DNA from: Auanema rhodensis | Lineage: Eukaryota; Animalia; Nematoda | Assembly: GCA_964057225.1 (NCBI GenBank) | Contig: OZ059898.1 | Location: 17,484,001-17,548,000 of the forward strand | Direction: 5' to 3' | DNA: 64,000 nt | Part shown: piece by piece, positions 56,161 through 64,000 of the stretch | How positions within the stretch are numbered: the first letter of the stretch is position 1 | How the letters are laid out: the number at the start of each line of letters is the position of its first letter | Translations under genes and position numbers: made by a program | Notes under the pieces: generated by a model | Told to the model about the DNA's origin: nothing | The model's database searches: none | The model's input: only the letters and a program-made list of their open reading frames with translations

Positions 56161-59100
56161 TGTCAAAATGTTTTTGGAAGCAATGTTGAGTGTACATGGA
56201 AACTCAACATACACTAATGCAGCATTTTTCAAACGATCATAACTAATTTCTGTATTAAGCGTTTCTCAATGTAGTATAGTGCATTCGATGCGGATTTTTA
56301 AGCTGCGTCGATCTGTGTTATCAGATTTGCGCAAGCTTAAAAATGCACCGAGACATCAACTGATATAAGTTCACACTGATATCCTCGATTTTCACCCTGA
56401 AGAAATAATTTTTTCGTTGAATAACATTGTCCATCGTCTTTGCCTTGAAAAAAGAAATCTAAAAACATCTACTTTTTGCTAAATTATTCTGAAATTTTTC
56501 GAAAAAATTTTTGTCAAAATGTTTTTGGAAGCAATGTTGAGCGTACATGGAAACTCAACATACACTAATGCATCATTTTTCAAACGATCATAACTAATTT
56601 TTGTATCAAGCGTTTCTCAATGTAGTATAGTGCATTCGATGCGGATTTTTAAGCTGCGTCGATCTGTGTTATCAGATTTGCGCAAGCTTAAAAATGCACC
56701 GAGACATCAACTGATATAAGTTCACACTGATATCCTCGATTTTCACCCTGAAGAAATAATTTTTTCGTTGAATAACATTGTCCATCGTCTTTGCCTTGAA
56801 AAAAGAAATCTAAAAACATCTACTTTTTGCTAAATTATTCTGAAATTTTTCGAAAAAATTTTTGTCAAAATGTTTTTGGAAGCAATGTTGAGCGTACATG
56901 GAAACTCAACATACACTAATGCATCATTTTTCAAACGATCATAACTAATTTTTGTATCAAGCGTTTCTCAATGTAGTATAGTGCATTCGATGCGGATTTT
57001 TAAGCTGCGTCGATCTGTGTTATCAGATTTGCGCTAGCTTAAAAATGCACCGAGATATCAACTGATATAAGTTCACACTTATATCCTCGATTTTCACCCT
57101 GAAGAAATAATTTTTTCGTTGAATAACATTGTCCATCGTCTTTGCCTTGAAAAAAGGAATCTAAAAACATCTACTCTTTGCTAAATTATTCTGAAATTTT
57201 TAAAAAAAATTTTTGTCAAAATGTTTTTGGAAGCAATGTTGAGTGTACATGGAAACTCAACATACACTAATGCATCATTTTTCAAACGATCATAACTAAT
57301 TTTTGTATTAAGCGTTTCTCAATGTAGTATAGTGCATTTGATGCGGATTTTTAAGTTGCGTCGATCTGTGTTATCAGATTTGCGCTAGCTTAAAAATGCA
57401 CCGAGATATCAACTGATATAAGTTCACACTTATATCCTCGATTTTCACCCTGAAGAAATAATTTTTTCGTTGAATAACATTGTCCATCTTCTTTGCCTTG
57501 AAAAAAGGAATCTAAAAACATCTACTTTTCGCTAAATTATTTTGAAGTTTTTCGAAAAAATTTTTGTCAAAATGTTTTTGGAAGCAATGTTGAGTGTACA
57601 TGGAAACTCAACATACACTAATGCATCATTTTTCAAACGATCATAACTAATTTTTGTATTAAGCGTATCTCAATGTAGTATAGTGCATTTGATGTGGATT
57701 TTTAAGCTGCGTCGATCTGTGTTATCAGATTTGCGGTAGCTTAAAAATGCACCGAGATATCAACTGATATAAGTTCACACTTATATCCTCGATTTTCACC
57801 CTGAAGAAATAATTTTTTCGTTGAATAACATTGTCCATCGTCTTTGCCTTGAAAAAAGGAATCTAAAAACATCTACTTTTTGCTAAATTATTTCGAAATT
57901 TTTCGAAAAAATTTTTGTCAAAATGTTTTTGGAAGCAATGTTGAGTGTACATGGAAACTCAACATACACTAATGCATCATTTTTCAAACGATCATAACTA
58001 ATTTTTGTATTAAGCGTATCTCAATGTAGTATAGTGCATTTGATGCGGATTTTTAAGTTGCGTCGATCTGTGTTATCAGATTTGCGCTAGCTTAAAAATG
58101 CACCGAGATATCAATTGATATAAGTTCACACTTATATCCTCGATTTTCACCCTGAAGAAATAATTTTTTCGTTGAATAACATTGTCCATCGTCTTTGCCT
58201 TGAAAAAAGGAATCTAAAAACATCTACTCTTTGCTAAATTATTCTGAAATTTTTCAAAAAAATTTTTGTCAAAATGTTTTTGGAAGCAATGTTGAGTGTA
58301 CATGGAAACTCAACATACACTAATGCAGCATTTTTCAAACGATCATAACTAATTTCTGTATTAAGCGTTTCTCAATGTAGTATAGTGCATTCGATGCGGA
58401 TTTTTAAGCTGCGTCGATCTGTGTTATCAGATTTGCGCAAGCTTAAAAATGCACCGAGACATCAACTGATATAAGTTCACACTGATATCCTCGATTTTCA
58501 CCCTGAAGAAATAATTTTTTCGTTGAATATCATTGTCCATCGTCTTTGCCTTGAAAAAATAAATCTAAAAACATCTACTTTTTGCTAAATTATTCTGAAA
58601 TTTTTCGAAAAAATTTTTGTCAAAATGTTTTTGGAAGCAATGTTGAGCGTACATGGAAACTCAACATACACTAATGCATCATTTTTCAAACGATCATAAC
58701 TAATTTTTGTATCAAGCGTTTCTCAATGTAGTATAGTGCATTCGATGCGGATTTTTAAGCTGCGTCGATCTGTGTGAACAGATTTGCGCTAGCTTAAAAA
58801 TGCACCGAGATATCAATTGATATAAGTTCACACTTATATCCTCGATTTTCACCCTGAAGAAATAATTTTTTCGTTGAATAACATTGTCCATCGTCTTTGC
58901 CTTGAAAAAAGGCATCTAAAAACATCTACTTTTTGCTAAATTATTTCGAAATTTTTCGAAAAAATTTTTGTCAAAATGTTTTTGGAAGCAATGTTGAGCG
59001 TACATGGAAACTCAACATACACTAATGCATCATTTTTCAAACGATCATAACTAATTTTTGTATCAAGCGTTTCTCAATGTAGTATAGTGCATTCGATGCG

Positions 59101-62100
59101 GATTTTTAAGCTGCGTCGATCTGTGTTATCAGATTTGCGCTAGCTTAAAAATGCACCGAGATATCAATTGATATAAGTTCACACTTATATCCTCGATTTT
59201 CACCCTGAAGAAATAATTTTTTCGTTGAATAACATTGTCCATCGTCTTTGCCTTGAAAAAAGGCATCTAAAAACATCTACTTTATGCTAAATTATTTCGA
59301 AATTTTTCGAAAAAATTTTTGTCAAAATGTTTTTGGAAGCAATGTTGTGTGTACATGGAAACTCAACATACACTAATGCATCATTTTTCAAACGACCATA
59401 ACTAATTTTTGTATTAAGCGTTTCTCAATGTAGTATAGTGCATTCGATGCGGATTTTTAAGTTGCGTCGATCTGTGTTATCAGATTTGCGCTAGCTTAAA
59501 AATGCACCGAGACATCAACTGATATAAGTTCACACTTATATCCTCGATTTTCACCCTGAAGAATTTATTTTTTCGTTGAATAACATTGTCCATCGTCTTT
59601 GCCTTGAAAAAAGGAATCTAAAAACATCTACTTTTTGCTAAATTATTCTGAAATTTTTCGAAAAAATTTTTGTCAAAATGTTTTTGGAAGCAATGTTGAG
59701 TGTACATGGAAACTCAACATACACTAATGCATCATTTTTCAAACGATCATAACAAGTTTTTGTATTAAGCGTTTCTCAATGTAGTATAGTGCATTCGATG
59801 CGGATTTTTAAGCTGCGTCGATCTGTGTTATCAGATTTGCGCTAGCTTAAAAATGCACCGAGACATCAACTGATATAAGTTCACACTTATATCATCGATT
59901 TTCACCCTGAAGAAATAATTTTTTCGTTGAATAACATTGTCCATCGTTTTTGCTTTGAAAAAAGGAATCTAAAAACATCTACTTTTTGCTAAATTATTTT
60001 GAAATTTTTCGAAAAAATTTTTGTCAAAATGTTTTTGGAAGCAATGTTGAGTGTACATGGAAACTCAACATACACTAATGCATCATTTTTCAAACGATCA
60101 TAACTAATTTTTGTATCAAGCGTTTCTCAATGTAGTATAGTGAATTCGATGCGGATTTTTAAGCTGCGTCGATCTGTGTTATCAGATTTGCGCTAGCTTA
60201 AAAATGCACCGAGATATCAATTGATATAAGTTCACACTTATATCCTCGATTTTCACCCTGAAGAAATAATTTTTTCGTTGAATAACATTGTCCATCGTCT
60301 TTGCCTTGAAAAAAGGAATCTAAAAACATCTACTCTTTGCTAAATTATTCTGAAATTTTTCAAAAAAATTTTTGTCAAAATGTTTTTGGAAGCAATGTTG
60401 AGTGTACATGGAAACTCAACATACACTAATGCAGCATTTTTCAAACGATCATAACTAATTTTTGTATCAAGCGTTTCTCAATGTAGTATAGTGAATTCGA
60501 TGCGGATTTTTAAGCTGCGTCGATCTGTGTTATCAGATTTGCGCTAACTTAAAAATGCACCGAGATATCAATTGATATAAGTTCACACTTATATCCTCGA
60601 TTTTCACCCTGAAGAAATAATTTTTTCGTTGAATAACATTGTCCATCGTCTTTGCCTTGAAAAAAGGAATCTAAAAACATCTACTCTTTGCTAAATTATT
60701 CTGAAATTTTTCAAAAAAATTTTTGTCAAAATGTTTTTGGAAGCAATGTTGAGTGTACATGGAAACTCAACATACACTAATGCAGCATTTTTCAAACGAT
60801 CATAACTAATTTTTGTATCAAGCGTTTCTCAATGTAGTATAGTGAATTCGATGCGGATTTTTAAGCTGCGTCGATCTGTGTTATCAGATTTGCGCTAGCT
60901 TAAAAATGCACCGAGATATCAATTGATATAAGTTCACACTGATATCCTCGATTTTCACCCTGAAGAATTGATTTTTTCGTTGAATAACATTGTCCATCGT
61001 CTTTGCCTTGAAAAAAGGCATCTAAAAACATCTACTTTTTGCTAAATTATTCTGAAATTTTTCGAAAAAATTTTTGTCAAAATGTTTTTGGAAGCAATGT
61101 TGAGCGTACATGGAAACTCAACATACACTAATGCATCATTTTTCAAACGATCATAACTAATTTTTGTATCAAGCGTTTCTCAATGTAGTATAGTGCATTC
61201 GATGCGGATTTTTAAGCTGCGTCGATCTGTGTTATCAGATTTGCGCTAGCTTAAAAATGCACCGAGATATCAACTGATATAAGTTCACACTTATATCCTC
61301 GATTTTCACCCTGAAGAAATAATTTTTTCGTTGAATAACATTGTCCATCGTCTTTGCCTTGAAAAAAGAAATCTAAAAACATCTACTTTTTGCTAAATTA
61401 TTCTGAAATTTTTCGAAAAAATTTTTGTCAAAATGTTTTTGGAAGCAATGTTGTGTGTACATGGAAACTCAACATACACTAATGCATCATTTTTCAAACG
61501 ACCATAACTAATTTTTGTATTAAGCGTTTCTCAATGTAGTATAGTGCATTCGATGCGGATTTTTAAGTTGCGTCGATCTGTGTTATCAGATTTGCGCTAG
61601 CTTAAAAATGCACCGAGACATCAACTGATATAAGTTCACACTTATATCCTCGATTTTCACCCTGAAGAATTTATTTTTTCGTTGAATAACATTGTCCATC
61701 GTCTTTGCCTTGAAAAAAGGAATCTAAAAACATCTACTTTTTGCTAAATTATTCTGAAATTTTTCGAAAAAATTTTTGTCAAAATGTTTTTGGAAGCAAT
61801 GTTGAGTGTACATGGAAACTCAACATACACTAATGCATCATTTTTCAAACGATCATAACAAATTTTTGTATTAAGCGTTTCTCAATGTAGTATAGTGCAT
61901 TCGATGCGGATTTTTAAGTTGCGTCGATCTGTGTTATCAGATTTGCGCTAGCTTAAAAATGCACCGAGACATCAACTGATATAAGTTCACACTTATATCC
62001 TCGATTTTCACCCTGAAGAAATAATTTTTTCGTTGAATAACATTGTCCATCGTTTTTGCTTTGAAAAAAGGAATCTAAAAACATCTACTTTTTGCTAAAT

Positions 62101-64000
62101 TATTTTGAAATTTTTCGAAAAAATTTTTGTCAAAATGTTTTTGGAAGCAATGTTGAGTGTACATGGAAACTCAACATACACTAATGCATCATTTTTCAAA
62201 CGATCATAACTAATTTCTGTATTAAGCGTTTCTCAATGTAGTATAGTGCATTCGATGCGGATTTTTAAGCTGCGTCGATCTGTGTTATCAGATTTGCGCA
62301 AGCTTAAAAATGCACCGAGACATCAACTGATATAAGTTCACACTGATATCCTCGATTTTCACCCTGAAGAATTGATTTTTTCGTTGAATAACATTGTCCA
62401 TCGTCTTTGCCTTGAAAAAAGGCATCTAAAAACATCTACTTTTTGCTAAATTATTTCGAAATTTTTCGAAAAAATTTTTGTCAAAATGTTTTTGGAAGCA
62501 ATGTTGTGTGTACATGGAAACTCAACATACACTAATGCATCATTTTTCAAACGACCATAACTAATTTTTGTATTAAGCGTTTCTCAATGTAGTATAGTGC
62601 ATTCGATGCGGATTTTTAAGTTGCGTCGATCTGTGTTATCAGATTTGCGCTAGCTTAAAAATGCACCGAGACATCAACTGATATAAGTTCACACTTATAT
62701 CCTCGATTTTCACCCTGAAGAATTTATTTTTTCGTTGAATAACATTGTCCATCGTCTTTGCCTTGAAAAAAGGCATCTAAAAACATCTACTTTTTGCTAA
62801 ATTATTTCGAAATTTTTCGAAAAAATTTTTGTCAAAATGTTTTTGGAAGCAATGTTGAGCGTACATGGAAACTCAACATACACTAATGCATCATTTTTCA
62901 AACGATCATAACTAATTTTTGTATCAAGCGTTTCTCAATGTAGTATAGTGCATTCGATGCGGATTTTTAAGTTGCGTCGATCTGTGTTATCAGATTTGCG
63001 CTAGCTTAAAAATGCACCGAGATATCAATTGATATAAGTTCACACTTATATCCTCGATTTTCACCCTGAAGAAATAATTTTTTCGTTGAATAACATTGTC
63101 CATCGTCTTTGCCTTGAAAAAAGGCATCTAAAAACATCTACTTTATGCTAAATTATTTCAAAATTTTTCGAAAAAATTTTTGTCAAAATGTTTTTGGAAG
63201 CAATGTTGTGTGTACATGGAAACTCAACATACACTAATGCATCATTTTTCAAACGACCATAACTAATTTTTGTATTAAGCGTTTCGCAATGTAGTATAGT
63301 GCATTCGATGCGGATTTTTAAGTTGCGTCGATCTGTGTTATCAGATTTGCGCTAGCTTAAAAATGCACCGAGACATCAACTGATATAAGTTCACACTTAT
63401 ATCCTCGATTTTCACCCTGAAGAATTTATTTTTTCGTTGATTAACATTGTCCATCGTCTTTGCCTTGAAAAAAGGAATCTAAAAACATCTACTTTTTGCT
63501 AAATTATTCTGAAATTTTTCGAAAAAATTTTTGTCAAAATGTTTTTGGAAGCAATGTTGAGTGTACATGGAAACTCAACATACACTAATGCATCATTTTT
63601 CAAACGATCATAACAAGTTTTTGTATCAAGCGTTTCTCAATGTAGTATAGTGCATTCGATGCGGATTTTTAAGCTGCGTCGATCTGTGTTATCAGATTTG
63701 CGCTAGCTTAAAAATGCACCGAGATATCAATTGATATAAGTTCACACTTATATCCTCGATTTTCACCCTGAAGAAATAATTTTTTCGTTGAATAACATTG
63801 TCCATCGTCTTTGCCTTGAAAAAAGGAATCTAAAAACATCTACTTTTTGCTAAATTATTTTGAAATTTTTCGAAAAAATTTTTGTCAAAATGTTTTTGGA
63901 AGCAATGTTGAGCGTACATGGAAACTCAACATACACTAATGCATCATTTTTCAAACGATCATAACTAATTTTTGTATCAAGCGTTTCTCAATGTAGTATA

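Larger units (their letters stand above)
1..64000. repeat. Tandem satellite DNA array, 351-bp monomer, about 182.3 copies, all in the same orientation
   Basis: TGTCAAAATGTTTTTGGAAGCAATGTTG recurs at 1, 352, 703, 1054 and onward, and in exact phase at 7021, 14041, 21061, 28081, 35101, 42121, 49141, 56161 and 63181 (20 x 351 = 7020). Copies differ only by scattered substitutions. The array runs off both window edges. Confidence 0.99.

Noticed and set aside
58712-58915. 67-aa ORF on the - strand (MPFFKAKTMDN...)
   Set aside because: It lies inside monomer 168. It depends on the private TAT>GAA change removing stop codons and on A296C creating the ATG. It is not open in other copies.
1-64000. 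CRISPR array or repeat-spacer system
   Set aside because: Hairpins recur regularly, but the DNA between them is near-identical in every unit. There are no unique spacers and no cas or other genes.

Overview
The whole window is one uninterrupted head-to-tail tandem array (satellite DNA) of a 351-bp, AT-rich monomer. GC is about 31% by hand count of monomer 1 (53 G + 57 C of 351). There are 182 full copies plus a 118-bp partial copy, and monomer n starts at 1+351(n-1). Copies differ by only a handful of substitutions each. The 351-bp phase holds across the window: TGTCAAAATG recurs at 1, 7021, 14041 and so on up to 63181. I see no genes, RNA genes, transposon insertions, inversions or CRISPR spacers, and the two ORFs in the track are chance read-throughs in single mutated monomers. 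Two kinds of structure stand out. First, the monomer is dense in inverted repeats, including a roughly 50-67-nt hairpin or cruciform. Second, shared diagnostic SNPs reveal local 2-, 3- and 4-mer higher-order repeats nested inside 9-, 16-, 17/18- and 28/32-monomer block duplications with chimeric junction monomers. This resembles a young, homogenised, possibly centromeric eukaryotic satellite, but I cannot identify the species or satellite family from the sequence alone. Variant names below use monomer coordinates, for example C200T.
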